A DNA stretch of 64,000 nt from Octopus vulgaris (GCA_951406725.2 OX597835.1:16430001-16494000), one strand, 5' to 3'. Shown: positions 25,681 through 39,525, counted from the first letter of the stretch. Program-made: numbers and translations. The notes: generated by a model from the letters alone, not told the origin.

Positions 25681-25974
25681 CAGAGCCTAGCATAGCTGAT
25701 TCAAGAGCCCCATACACACATACAAACGCACATACGTGCGCACGCACGCACACACACACACACACAGAGCAATCTAATCTAGAAAATGCGTTCATGTCAA
25801 CCTGCACTGCTGACAGGCATAAAGATATTAAACAGATCTAACTACAGAATCTAAAGTAGACAGTGTTGGGGGGAGGGGTGGGAGGAGGTCTTTCAGTCTG
25901 TCCCTACTTCCTATTATTATCTAACACACATACACACACTGCTCCTCTTCACACAAATGTTTGCACGTTTGTGT

Positions 25975-26005
25975 GTATGCATGCATGTATATCTACATTT
26001 ATTTG

Positions 26006-26076
<71 letters not shown>

Positions 26077-26081
26077 ATATA

Positions 26082-26127
<46 letters not shown>

Positions 26128-26156
26128 TATATGTGTGTGTATGTATATCTACATTT

Positions 26157-26205
<49 letters not shown>

Positions 26206-26227
26206 ATGTATATCTACATTTATATTT

Positions 26228-26297
<70 letters not shown>

Positions 26298-26310
26298 ATC
26301 TACATTTATT

Positions 26311-26356
<46 letters not shown>

Positions 26357-26605
26357 CACTTATACAAACAGTTCTTGGTGTAATATATATATATGTGTGT
26401 GTGTATGTGTGTATATATATATATGTATGTATGTATATATACTTACATACACAATTGTTTGTGCTATATGTGTGTGTATATATATATATACATATATATA
26501 CACAAACACACACACATGTATACTCACAAATTACACAAACAAATGTATATGTAATATATATTACAATATTACACAAATATATATATATATGTGTGTGTGT
26601 GTGTA
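25975..26605. repeat. Compound (TA)/(TG) microsatellite with repeated ATCTACATTTAT spacer
   Basis: Direct inspection; four spacer copies. Confidence 0.92.
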
Positions 26606-28049
26606 ATGTTAACATTGTAAGAATTTATAAACTTTCAGCAGAACATGAAAAAAAATTCTCTTTTGGAATTGGCTCGGGAAGTATATACAAAGTGATGAAT
26701 AATAGCATGTAAATATTGGATTGAAAAAACCCTTTTGGGATAGGAAAAAAATTTGGGGCAGCCTTCGACCTTTTCTATGTTACATTCTACAAAGGAAACG
26801 TATGGGACAAGGACTACACATTCTCAGCTAAAACTACCAAATTGCAACAAATCTACCAAGCCTGTTTAATAACGACCCTCTTCCATGGCAACCACACACA
26901 CACACAATGATGTTGAAACTAACAACAAAAACACAAGGATTTCTCTTCTTATTAGGACCCAGAAAATATTTCAAACCTGATCCCTTCTCCTCCTCCCCTA
27001 CATCTACAAGACTTCGAGAGTGTGACCTACATTACAGCAATGCTCACAAAGTAGTTTATGACTGGACACACACACACTCATTATGCCTGCTGGCTCAAGA
27101 ACCAATGAATAAGCCTCCCTGCATGGTCTGGCTGACCTGCTAGAAATAGCAACAGATTACTCCCTCAAGTTTCATCCTTCTCCACTGACCTCACTGGCTG
27201 CTACTGAAGCAGAATCAATCACAAACGATATAATTTCAATAAAATAAATATTGTTTTTTGTCTCACTACATTACGTTAGCCCCCAATTAATTGATTCCTT
27301 TTCGTATAAAAGGTGTCTCTCAATAATCCCACCACATCTCCATCATGTTTTTAAACCTGCCAGAGTTTATTAAGCCAAAAAATCTACACCTCCCAGTCAC
27401 CTAGGACCTGCAAAAATACAGGTACAATGATATTTAGCCGAAGAGCTTTAATAAGACTGAAAGATGTCAGTTCATTAACCAAAGATCAATCTAGTTCTCC
27501 ACTGTAAGACTCCTGTTTAGTGTTTAAGGTAAATTTTCAGAGTTATTTCCCTTGCTTCTATTGACCAGAATTATTCATTTGTTAAGTTAATTGTTTAACT
27601 TCTCACTTCAAATGTAATTGAAATTAAAATTATTTTCACTACATGTTCACACACACATGAGATAAATTGTAAAAATGCATTCATACATGGGCATAGGCTT
27701 GCCTCTTCAGTAAAGAAGTTCACTTTACAGCCATGTGGCTTTAGGATCCTTTTACAAATAAAATTGTCGAAACAACTGTTGTAAAGTTTAAATACCTTTC
27801 ATATTCACTGCATATATATATTGATTTTAAAACATAATTGTAATTTCATACAAGTGGTTATTGAAAAAGACCATTAGTTGGAAGGACCAATGAAACAAAA
27901 CCATTTTCAAATGCGTAGCTATCTAAGTAATTGTGTATTTATGCATATAACCATATTTTGTTCCATTCTAAACAAAACTGTCTGACAAACAGGAATGTGA
28001 AACTCTGAGTAACAGTTTTTGTGATATTTTTGCTACTTTTTTAATAAAG

Positions 28050-28209
28050 TAAGGAGTGGCTGTGTGGTAAGTAGCTTGTTTACCAACCACATGGTTCCGG
28101 GTTCAGTCCCACTGCGTGGCACCTTAGTCAAGTGTCTTCTACTATAGCCTCGGGCCAACCAAAGCCCTGAGTGGGTTTGGTAGATGGAAACTGAAAGAAG
28201 CCTGTCGTA

Positions 28210-28254
<45 letters not shown>

Positions 28255-28312
28255 GTGTATATGTTTGTCCCCCCCCCCCAACATCGCTTGACAACCGATG
28301 CTGGTGTGTTTT
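28050..28312 (+). mobile_element. SINE family B, 3' truncated
   Basis: AGGAGTGGCTGTGTGGTAAGTAGC...TTGACAACCGATGCTGGTGTG. Confidence 0.85.
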
Positions 28313-29411
28313 TCTAACAAAGCTTTATATGCAAATGTCCCTTATTGTATTCAAACAATTTCTTTAAAAAAAATTATATATAATCATCATGATTATTAAT
28401 TTGATTAATTCAGGTCATGAGAGGGTAATGAAAGCAAAACTGGCATTTAAATAAATTAAAAATAATTTATAGACCTTCAAATGAATTTAAATCAATTTAA
28501 ATAACAGAGTTGTCTCCCTTGCCTTTTTTGGCCAGAATTATTAAAGATGTTGGATTATTTTATTTCCTCACAACAAATGCAATTTTAAGTAATCAAAAAT
28601 GTTTTAATTAAAATGTCATTACATATATCATGTTAGTACCTCCATTTTTTACTATTTGTTTTTCTTACAGCAGGCGCCCTGGGTATATTATTCCCATCCT
28701 TCTGATAGTTTAAATAGTGAACACCAGGATGAAGAATAATAATTCAACCAGGTGGATAGGAGGAGGAAGACTATTTTACTATTCCGGCTTGTTGCTTGAG
28801 AAAAATCACATCCACCAACCAGTCAGACATAGGTCTAAAGTAAGAATGTGATAACAAGCATATCTCAACTTATGCTGTTTTGAGAAATGTCTTTTATGAC
28901 ACTTTGTCGGTCTCAGCAGACATTTAAAAGCATAATCTTAAAGAAACTAATTCTGAGATGGTAAAAATCAAATAAAATATGTGAAAATATGCGCAGCCCA
29001 TTTATTAAAACAGATATAAGCTAATAAATTTTTAAAAATGGATTTTTCATGTTATATCGTTTAACAAGTTGAGTCGTATGTCTTGGAACTGACCTAAATT
29101 GAGGTATGACTCTAGATGTGTGTGTATTTATGTATATATATGTGTGTGTGTGTGTGTGTGTGAGTGTGTGTATATATATATATATTAGTAAAAAGGGATT
29201 ACCCCCAAAACGATTACCAGTTTGCTCTCATGAGAGAGAGAGAGGGAGATAGAGGTTCTCCGTGATATCTTTCTTGTAAAAGAGCTGAGGTTTCCATATA
29301 GTAACTTAGTGTAGTGTGGTTGGTTAGTTATTGTCTAAATAGTGTGTGTGGTATTATCATACCTAAAGATATCGCGACCTAGTTAAAACAGCATGTACTA
29401 ATTAAGGAGAG

Positions 29412-29413
<2 letters not shown>

Positions 29414-29480
<67 letters not shown>
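29414..29480. repeat. (GA)n microsatellite
   Basis: Direct inspection. Confidence 0.97.
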
Positions 29481-29486
<6 letters not shown>

Positions 29487-29714
29487 TAGGGAAATATATA
29501 TGGTGTGTGTGTAATGTAATGCTCTGTCGATGTGGAGTAGGTAGGTCATGAAGAATGGCGAAAAAAACATGGAGAAAACATAAAATAGACGAATATACAA
29601 CAATAAATAAATAAATAAAGTCATCTATTAGCAGAGACTACCATATTTGGTCATTATAAATTGAAAGTTAGAAAATAAGAGAAAAAGAGAGGGAGGAAAA
29701 AAACAAACGTTGGT

Positions 29715-30110
29715 GCAAGTGTGGCTGTGTGGTTAAGAAGCATGATTCTCAATCACATAGTCTTGGGTTCAGTCCCACTGTACAGCATCTTGGGTAAGTG
29801 TCTTCTGCTGTAGCTTCAGGCCAAACACAGCCGGGGGAGTGGATTTGGTAGATGTAAACTGAAAGATGCTCGCTGTACGTATGTATATATGTATGTACAT
29901 ACATGTATGTGGGTATGTGTGTTAATGTCCCCCTACAACCGCTTAACTGGTGTTGCTTTATTTACGTCCCCCATGACCTTGCAGTTCGGCAAAAGAGACC
30001 GACAGAATAGGTAGCGGGCTTTAAAAATAAGTATAGGGGGGCCAATTTACTCGGCTAAACTTTTAAAGGCAGTGCTCCAGCATGACTGCATCCTTATGAC
30101 TGAAACAAAT
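29715..30110 (+). mobile_element. SINE family B, old diverged copy
   Basis: Collinear with the adjacent young copy. Confidence 0.75.
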
Positions 30111-30174
30111 AGGGAAAAGTCTGTTGAAAAAATGGGGGGGGGATAGAAAAACAAATTTGGGGAAAAAAAAAATT

Positions 30175-30337
30175 AGGCGCAGGAGTGGCTGTGTGGTAAG
30201 TAGCTTGCTTACCAACCACATGGTTCCGGGTTCAGTCCCACTGCGTGGCATCTTGGGCAAATGTCTTCTGCTATAGCCCCGGGCCGACCAAAGCCTTGTG
30301 AGTGGATTTGGTAGATGGAAACTGAAAGAAGCCCGTC

Positions 30338-30409
<72 letters not shown>

Positions 30410-30612
30410 GTGTGTGTGTCTGTGTTTGTGTGTTTGTCCCCCTAGCATTGCTTGACAACCGATGCTGGTGTGTTTACGTCCCCGTCACTTAGCAGTTCGG
30501 CAAAAGAGACCGATAGAATAAGTACTGGGCTTGCAAAGAATAAGTCCCGGGGTCGACTAAAGGCGGTGCTCCAGCATGGCCGCAGTAAAATGACTCAAAC
30601 AAGTAAAAGAGA
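30175..30612 (+). mobile_element. SINE family B, young full length
   Basis: AGGCGCAGGAGTGGCTGTGTGGTAAG (A-box-like)...GGTTCAGTCCC (B-box-like)...TCTTGGGCAAATG (CORE-like)...(TA)n(TG)n...CAAGTAAAAGAG. Confidence 0.9.
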
Positions 30613-30816
30613 AAAATATATATCCATTTTTCAGGAAGTTATGAGGAAACAAACTCAGGGTGGGGGGCACGCTTGTGTAGGTATGCCCATACTTCTCTCT
30701 GAATAGGACAGGGCTGTCACGGCTGGAACGCCTTTGACGATACATCCACTTGTTCAACGAGGGCTCACGGACTACATTAATACGTTGACACACAATCAAC
30801 ATTGTGTAGCCATTAT

Positions 30817-30963
30817 ATATTTCCTTATTGCCCACAAGGGGCCAAACACAGAGAGGACAAACAAGGACAGACCAGACAAAGGGATTAAATCGACTATATC
30901 GACCCCAGTGCGTAACTGGTACTTTATTTATCGACCCCGAAAGGATGAAAGGCAAAGTCGACC
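30817..30963 (-). mobile_element. SINE family A, 5' truncated
   Basis: Tail and central block only. Confidence 0.8.
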
Positions 30964-31219
30964 GCATTATAATAAATAGAATGGGGTTCAGTGTGTAAAA
31001 AGGGATTAAATATGGACGGAAAAAAAAAGAAAGAAAGAAAAGAAAGAGGTAATTATGATTAAAATTGTTAATTGATGATGAAGTCTAAATCCGAGATAAT
31101 TGGAAGAAGAAAGAGATATAGAGAATATTCTCACCCTGGACATGCCTGACGCACAAAGTTTTGGCAAAAACATTGATAGACATAGGCATTTATTATTACA
31201 CATCCACTTTAATAACTTT

Positions 31220-31408
31220 ACACACACACACACACATACATACAAACATGCACGCACACATACACACCACACACACCACATACATACATACACACACACA
31301 CGTACGTACGTATACACACCACACACATACATATACCACATACACACACACCACATACATACATGCACACATACAAACATGCACGCACACATATATACAC
31401 ACACACAC

Positions 31409-31444
<36 letters not shown>

Positions 31445-31615
31445 TACATACACACATACATACATACGTACGTACACACACCACATACATACATACACAC
31501 ATACAAACATGCACGCACACATATATATACACACACACACCACATACATACATACACACACATACATACATACACACATACATACGTACGTACGTACGTA
31601 CGTACACATACATAC
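31220..31615. repeat. Compound (CA)/(CATA)/(CGTA) microsatellite with higher-order repeats
   Basis: CATACAAACATGCACGCACAC recurs three times. Confidence 0.92.
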
Positions 31616-33489
31616 GGTGACGACAACTACGTCTGGTCTCGTACGTGTTAGTCACGTGATTGATGTGTCGTCTGCTCAAACTAATTCGACTCCCTCTCTT
31701 TACGTACAAGTATATTCCGCTTTCTCTTTCTCCATCCCCCCACCATCCCTATCTAGCTACGTTTCTCCCCCACCTCCCTCTACTCCTCATCTGCTCTACT
31801 TTCCTTCTTGTCCTTGTTCTACACACACACACACACACACACGCACACACACGTACACGCACACACACATGATGGATCTCTTTCAGTTTCACTCTTCCAA
31901 ATTCACTCATGATGCTTTGGTCAGCCCAGAGTTATAACAGGGGTAGAAAACACTTATTTGAAGGTGCTATGCACTAGGGCTGAACACATAAACACATACT
32001 AAAGAAGTAAGCATCTTAACCATACAGCCATGTCTGCGCCTTCTCACAATAATGTACCTTCATCCTCATCCTATATATATATAATAGTGATTATGGATGT
32101 TCTAGAGTTTAGAGACAAGAGGCTAAATTGTTACAGGCTTGATGGAAGAAATATAGACAAAGAAATAATATGAAAAAGAAAATAAATTTATAAACTGAAA
32201 GAAGCCCATCGTATGTGTGTGTGCGTTAGTGTGTCTGTGTTTGTTCTCCCACCTGTGTTTGTAGGTATATTTACATCCCTGTAACTTAGCAGTTCAGCAA
32301 TAGAGACCAATAGAATAAGTAATAGGCTTACAAAGAATAAGTCCTGGGAGTTGATTTGTTCGGCTAAAGGCGGTGCTCAAGCATGGCTGCAGTCAAATGA
32401 TTGAAACAATAAAATATATATATGAATATATATATATATGCACACACACATATATATGTAGGTGCAGGCGTGGCTGTATATTAAAGAAGCTTGCTTTCAA
32501 ACCACATGGTTCTGGATTCTGTCCCACCGCGTGGCACTTCAGGCAAGTGTTGTCCACTACAGCCGAGGGCCTACCAAAGCCTTGTGAATGGTGCTGGTGC
32601 CACGAAGAAAGCACTTGTGCTGGTGCTACATAGAAAGCATTTGTGTCAGAATCATGTAAATAGCACCGAGTCACAGAAACCAAGCCAAATCAGATTGGAA
32701 CCTGGTGCAGCTCACCTGCTTGCTAGCTCTGATCAAACCAGGCCAGCATGGAAAATGGACATTAAAGGATGATGATGATGATACGTATCTTTACGTCTCT
32801 TTGTCGCCCTGCAACTGCTTGACAACTGGTTATGGTGTTTATATATCCCCATAACTTAGCAATTTGGGGAAGGGGCGGGGGTCGAATCATTCGACTACAC
32901 ATTCCTTCAAAGAGATGCCCCAGCATGGCCACAGTCTTAATGACAGAAACGAGTAAAAGGACGAAACGATAAAGATAACAAATGACTTTAGTTGACAGGA
33001 AGAATAAATGGTTGAAATAATAAAAGTACATTGAGAAGTAGGAAAATGGGAGGGAAAAAAATGTCTTCTAGGCCATGACAATTTCTGAGACATGAAATGT
33101 AAAAAAATTAGGTTTTAAATAATAAAATACTTTAAAAACCAAAATCAATAAAAGACGTAAATATATATACAAATAACAGCAATCATACATTATATACATA
33201 AAGAAATGCTTTCAAATCTTACAGTTTGTAAAAAAGAAATTGGAAAAAAAGAAAGATAATTTTCAATATATGAACGGAGTACATTCTTCATTTAAACAGT
33301 GCATATGTGTATGTGGATAGACGAATGAATAGATAGATAGATAGATAGTGAGAGCATGTATGAATGTATGTAATGCAATGTAGGAGAGATACATAAACAT
33401 TTGCATGCGTGTTTTATTTCAATTTTTGTTTTGCTCATCGGATTGTGGACATGCTGTGGTACCACCATATTTGTACATATAGATACACA

Positions 33490-33533
<44 letters not shown>

Positions 33534-33565
33534 TGTTTGAAGTGGTGTACATATATTGTATATTG

Positions 33566-33749
33566 AGAAAAAGGAAGCAGTTAGAATTGTGGATATTCTT
33601 TATTAAAGCTTTCGTTTGTTAAGCAAACTCTGCAAGACAAGAATTAAAACCTAAACCATTTCGGTTTTAATTCTTGTGTTGGAGAGTTTGGTTAACGAAT
33701 GAAAGCACTAATAAGGAAGTATCCAAAATTCTAACAGCCTGCTTTTTCT
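33566..33749. repeat. ~185-bp diverged foldback
   Basis: GTTAGAATTGTGGATA..ACAAGAATTAAAACC pairs with GGTTTTAATTCTTGT..TATCCAAAATTCTAAC around an ~11-nt loop. TA-rich flanks. Confidence 0.85.
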
Positions 33750-33938
33750 AAAAAAACAAAAATAACAATAATAATATATATATATATGTGTGTGTATATA
33801 TGTATGTATGACTCATAAAGGCATAGAAAAGTGGATCTTAAAATGATTTATGGACATCTAGTTATATATATATATATACTAGTTGGGCAAGCCTAGAAGC
33901 AAAAGTTTTATATTTATATATATATATATATATATATA

Positions 33939-34336
33939 TCTTTATATATAAAAGAGAAGCTGTGTGTCTGTCTCCTACGATTTAGATTCCTAACTACTCC
34001 CACATTTTGCGGTGCAGTTTAACCAAAACCGGGTATCTTATAGTCGTGATTCATATCGAGCCCTTCTGGATACTAGCGCGCGTCTACGATGAGTCTACGA
34101 TTTTAAAAAAATTTACCATAATTTTTTTCCATTTTAATGCATTTTTTTCGCTATTATATAAGGGAAGTAACTCTCTAAAAATGTCTACGATGAGTCAATG
34201 ATTTTAAAAAAAATTTACCATCATTTTTTTCCCATTTTTAATGCATTTTTTTGCTATTTTTTGGCTATAACTCTCTAAAAATGCTTATATAGTTATTTCC
34301 CTTACAAACCCGAGCAACGCCGGGCGATACTGCTAG
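33939..34336 (+). mobile_element. Non-autonomous Helitron
   Basis: 5' A|TCTTTATATATAAA and 3' CCCGAGCAACGCCGGG hairpin followed by CTAG|T. No TSD. Contains an internal ~100-bp direct repeat. Confidence 0.85.
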
Positions 34337-34496
34337 TATATATATATATATAAATACATACATACATTGATAGATATAGGTCGATATAGATGATATATAG
34401 ATAGATATGCATACAAGAAGTAGAGAGATACTGATAGTATCTTACATGTATATAGAGTGTATGTATATGTATAAACACATACAGATGTGTATATTT

Positions 34497-34540
<44 letters not shown>

Positions 34541-35030
34541 GCTTAATTTTGCTCTAGTTGTTTAAAGCTGGCACAAAGAACATTTAAATGAGGGAGTGCT
34601 GACATATGACAGCCTCCCTAGTGAGTAGACCACTACTTTGGTATCATGACATGTGACAACTCCATTAACCTCCATCACTAATAGTTAGTTGGCTCTTGGT
34701 ATCTCAAGAGTTTTTGGACAGTCAGCACTGTTGGATGTCCAATCCTTTTACCAAACTCAGCAATGCAATGAATCTATCGTTGTAGAAATTGGTAGTTTGT
34801 TAAGTTGGAACTAGGTAAAAACATAAGAACAGAATAAAAAGAAAAACGTCTATGTGGCCATGGTTGGTAATGTATATTGTTGTTGTCAATCTGTGTCATG
34901 TCAGCAGCTAAAATGGTCAAGATTCTTCATTCTCAATGTCCACCCAACTGTTTAGTAGGTACCACAAGAGTAGTACGTATATGTATATTTTGAGGTTTCT
35001 TTTAGCCATAGGGATACTAGTGGATGGGGA

Positions 35031-35411
35031 TGGAAGCACTCCGTCGGTTACGACGATGAGGGTTCCGGTTGATCCGAATCAACGGAACAGCCTGCTCGTG
35101 AAATTAACGTGTAAGTGGCTGAGCACTCCACAGATACGTGTACCCTTAACGTAGTTCTCGGGGATATTCAGCGTGACACAGAGAGTGACAAGGCCGGCCC
35201 TTTGAAATACAGGTACAACAGAAACAGGAAGAAAGAGTGAAAGTTGTGGTGAAAGAGTACAGCAGGGATCACCACCATCCCCTGCCGGAGCCTCGTAGAG
35301 CTTTAGGTGTTTTCGCTCAATAAATACTCACAACGCCCGGTCTGGGAATCGAAACCGCGATCTTATGACCGCGAGTCCACTGCCCTAACCACTGGGCCAT
35401 TGCGCCTCCAC
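35031..35411 (-). mobile_element. SINE family D carrying tail 1
   Basis: Same head and centre as 13623 (GGAGGCGCAATGGCCCAGTGGTTAGGGC..TTCGATTCCC..GAGCGAAAACACCTAAAG). The tail differs: TGTACCTGTATTTCAAAGGGCCGGCC...CGGAGTGCTTCCA. GATACTAGT occurs near both flanks. Confidence 0.85.
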
Positions 35412-36719
35412 AGTGATACTAGTAACCTGGTGTTAAAACTCAATATACATATTCTTCAGAATAAAGCGCTAGTGACTAGAGCATAGTATAGAATAAATAA
35501 CAAGTGAACAAAAATTAAGTAATCAACTTCATCGGCTCGCCACTGTTTCTGCTGCTAGATGAAGTGCACCACATCTTAGAGCAGAAACATTCAATAATTT
35601 ATATATGTAGTGTACTGTTCCGTTATTGGTGGGAGTAACAATAAAACAAAAAAGAATAAACGGTATTCCAACCAGTGAAAAATAAACATTTAAAATGCAG
35701 AGAATTTGAACATGAGCTACTCCAAGTTTCATGTTCTGGTAGTATAGTAGTTAGATGAGCAAGTATAATGTGTTGTGCACTATCATGCAATTTTGCATGC
35801 TCAAATAGGTTGTATTTTGTTGTATTAATGTGTGTGTGTGTTTGTGTGTGCATGTATATTAAGTGGTGGGTAATAAGATGTATAACATGTGTATGTGTCT
35901 GCCTTTGTCCCCACTACTGCTTTGACAACTAGGGTTGGTTTGTTTACATCCCTGTAACTTAGTGGTTCAGCAAAAAAGACCAATAAAATAGTACCGGGCT
36001 TGCAAAAAATGTACTGAGGTTGATTTTATATTTAGATGATAAATAGTATGTGTGTGTTTATAAATATATACACACACACACACACAGAACGGTAGAAGAA
36101 ACTTGATGGCCACCACTGAGACATTATGAAATTTTATTTATACAACAACAAAAAAAACTTTTAGTAGAAAATCTCAAAGAATCTCTTCATGCAAACCTAA
36201 AATTCACAAAACTTTCAGACACTTTAAACCAATATATCTTCCGCCACCACCACTACCACTTACCCACCCAGCCAATATCTAGGTGAACTCTTTTTTTAAA
36301 AACCATATCTTCCAATCTCCTGCACAATTCAATCTATTCCTAGGCCTCATATGTGAAAAACTTCCCCTGTCTAGAATAAAGCAATATTTCAGCCACCTTC
36401 ACGAAATTCATATACATGAAGTACATGTTCCACATAGATTTTCATATACACATACATACATATATATATATATACATATCCTATTAGACCCATTCATGCG
36501 TGAAACAGTGTTTGTGTTATCGAGACTTGCACATAGGGGAACATGAGGATATGTTTGAGTATGAGCGAAAGGACAAGAGCAGGAGTGTATTCCTATAGCT
36601 GAAATGGATAGACACACACTAACCATCTCTCTCACAAAACTAGCCTTCCATCCTGCTGTGTCTTTGTCTAAATACAACCATCTATGCCTAAATTAGTTGC
36701 TTTTAAATTCATTTTAAAT

Positions 36720-37085
36720 AATGTATTTTTAATATCAATACATATATTATATATATATATATAGTGTATATATTATATGTATATATTAAATATATATAAT
36801 GTATGTAATACATATAATGTATAATTATATATACATATAATGTATAATTATATATATATAGTGTATATATTAAATATATATAATGTATGTAATACATATA
36901 ATGTATAATATATATATATATATATTAAATATATTATATGTATATATTAAATATATATAATGTATGTAATACATATAATGTATAATATATATATATATTA
37001 TATGTATATATTAAATATATATATATATATATATATAATATACTCAATATGATGTAATATCTAATATAACCATTATATATATATA
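36720..37085. repeat. AT-rich microsatellite with higher-order repeats
   Basis: ATATATAATGTATGTAATACATATAATGTATAA recurs three times. Confidence 0.9.
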
Positions 37086-37953
37086 ATTTTTTTTTTTTTT
37101 GGTGCATTTCTTAAAAAACCCAAACTTCTTTTTAAATATTAAGCTCTAAATCCTTCTATTTAGAAAATAGACAAAATTCCATTATTAACAGGCCAAGGAA
37201 AAACCCATTACCATAGCAAAAACTGAACCTACATCCCATTCCAATAACTGCCCCACCCCCCTTGAAATTCCTGAAGATAATTTTGTTTTTATACACATAT
37301 ATATATATATATATAATTTATGTATTACCATTCCTTTGTTACTTCAAAAATAAATAATCTCTCTTAACTTTACAAATAAGAATCTTCCCCACCCCCACCG
37401 TTTCCACCTTCATTCATACATTGGCTGCTATTGTCTCTTTCCCTTACTGTAGCTTGTAGTCCTGACATGTCTATATATAGGAATAATTGACAGTGTTATT
37501 TTAATGCGTGACAACTTCCCAACAGAGAGAGAGACAACATATATATATATATATATATGTATGCGTGAGCGAGTATATTCGTTAGTGTTCAATTATATTT
37601 GAATGCCATAACATCTTCCTGTACATAAATAAGAGTGCTGCACTTCCAACTACGCAACCAATTTGAGTGGCAATCTGCATGTAAATGAGTAATATGGAGA
37701 TTGGTAATTCCATCGCTTGGATCACGAGTTCTTTAACTTTTTAACTTCCAGTCTACCCTTTCATCACGGCCAGCAATGTGCTTCATATGAATACAATGTA
37801 AATGGCTTGGATAACATACAACAGACAATACATATGTATTAATTTATTTTCCGGCATAAAAGTCAAATTTTTCGGACCAAAATTTATAGCCAAAAGAAAA
37901 TCAACAAAGTAAAAGATCCTTCCCCTGTGCATGTGTGTATCCGCGCACACACA

Positions 37954-38120
37954 GGGGCTTTCTCCATCCGGGTTGTAGAACCGTAGAATAAGCTGCCGGA
38001 CGAGATAGTGAAGATGCCAACAACCGCTCGGTTCGAAGTCTCTCTTGACCAGAAATGGCCTGAACTCTTTGCATGAACACCCTCCCTGTACATAACTCCA
38101 TGTCCCCCTACATGGCCTTG
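37954..38120 (+). pseudogene. 3' end of a CR1-group LINE (ORF2 C-terminus plus short 3' UTR)
   Basis: 37960-38076 translates FSIRVVEP*NKLPDEIVKMPTTARFEVSLDQKWPELFA*. This matches the FSxRVVxxWNxLPxxxV...FKxxLD motif that ends CR1-clade ORF2, with the W codon mutated to TAG. Confidence 0.75.
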
Positions 38121-38360
38121 AGCCAAAAAATTAACTTAACACACAATTTTTATTGCTGATACACTGCATGCAGTCATCGCTTGACCTGCAAGAAACCGTA
38201 GCCAGATATATAAAAAACCAAAAAGGAAATGCCATATTGGATAACCTAGACCATGATACACTCGGCTAGATGGGCATGACTGGATTGCCTTTAATCACAG
38301 GTTTGCTCCATCAGGGGTGAGCCAGGAGCTAAACAACAATCACAACATTATTATCATCTC

Positions 38361-38802
38361 AGGCGGCGAGCTGACAGAATCGCTAGCATGCTGGGCAAAA
38401 TGCTTAGTGGCATTTCATCTGTCCTTACGTTCTGAGTTCAAATCCCATTAACTTTGCCTTTCATCCCTTCAGGGTCGATAAATTAAGTACCAGTGAAACA
38501 CTGGGGCCGATGTAATCGACTACTCCTGTCCTGCAAAATTTCAGGCCTCCTGCCTTTAGAAGAGAGAATTATTATTATTATTATTATTATTTTAAGGTGG
38601 TGAGCTGTCAGAATTGTTAGCACCCCAGGTAAAACACTTAGCAACATTTTGTCTGTCCTTGTGTTCTGAGTTCAAATTCTGCCATGGTCGACTTTGCCAT
38701 TCATCCTTCTGGGTTGATAAAGTATCAGTTGATCCACTGGGATCAATATAATCAATTTACTTCTTTCTCTGAAATTGCTGGCCTTGAGCCAAAATCTGAA
38801 GC

Positions 38803-38840
<38 letters not shown>
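38361..38840 (+). mobile_element. Two tandem SINE A variants with (ATT)n tails
   Basis: Heads at ~38361 and ~38595; each ends in ATT repeats. Confidence 0.8.
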
Positions 38841-39305
38841 TTATTATATTTATTTATCATTTATTTATTTATTTATTTCAGATGGATGTCAGAGGATGTT
38901 AAATCCTGCTTCAGGCAGTTCCACCAACAGATGTTCTGCCAGAGAAGAGTTGAAAAGAGGCGTTGTTAAGTCTACTTACTGGCTACGAACCAAAATGCAT
39001 TTTAAAATTTTAATTACAGCTAGCAGATTGTCTAAAACAGTTAGGAAAAACAGACTGATTAGAAATGCATGTCATTTACATTTGCAGTGTAATTAATTAA
39101 TTAATCAATCACTAAAAAAATTGCATGCAGTGTTGTTGTTGTTGTGATTGTTAAGCCCTAGGCAAGCCTTGATCAAGGAGGCACGGTCTTTTACTCATTT
39201 CACTCATTGGATTGCAGCCATTCCGGGACACTGCCCTGAAGGGTTTTAGTCAAAGAAATCAACCCCAGTACTAATTTGGTTTTTTTTTTTTATACTTTTT
39301 TTATA

Positions 39306-39469
39306 TAGGCGCAGGAGTGGCTGTGTGGTAAGTAGCTTGTTTACCAACCACATGGTTCCGGGTTCAGTCCCACTGCGTGGCACCTTGGGCAAGTGTCTTC
39401 TACTATAGCCTCAGGCCGACCAAAGCCTTGTGAGTGGATTTGGTAGACGGAAACTGAAAGAAGCCCGTC

Positions 39470-39525
<56 letters not shown>

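Noticed and set aside
35340-35411. tRNA gene-like sequence (also heads at 5036, 13623, 30175, 46312 and 54650)
   Set aside because: Each continues into a multi-copy SINE body and tail, and I could not fold a complete cloverleaf; these are SINE heads.
38882-39000. Possible exon after a TTTATTTCAG acceptor
   Set aside because: The pyrimidine tract is the ATT/ATTT tail of a SINE. No clear donor and no recognisable peptide.
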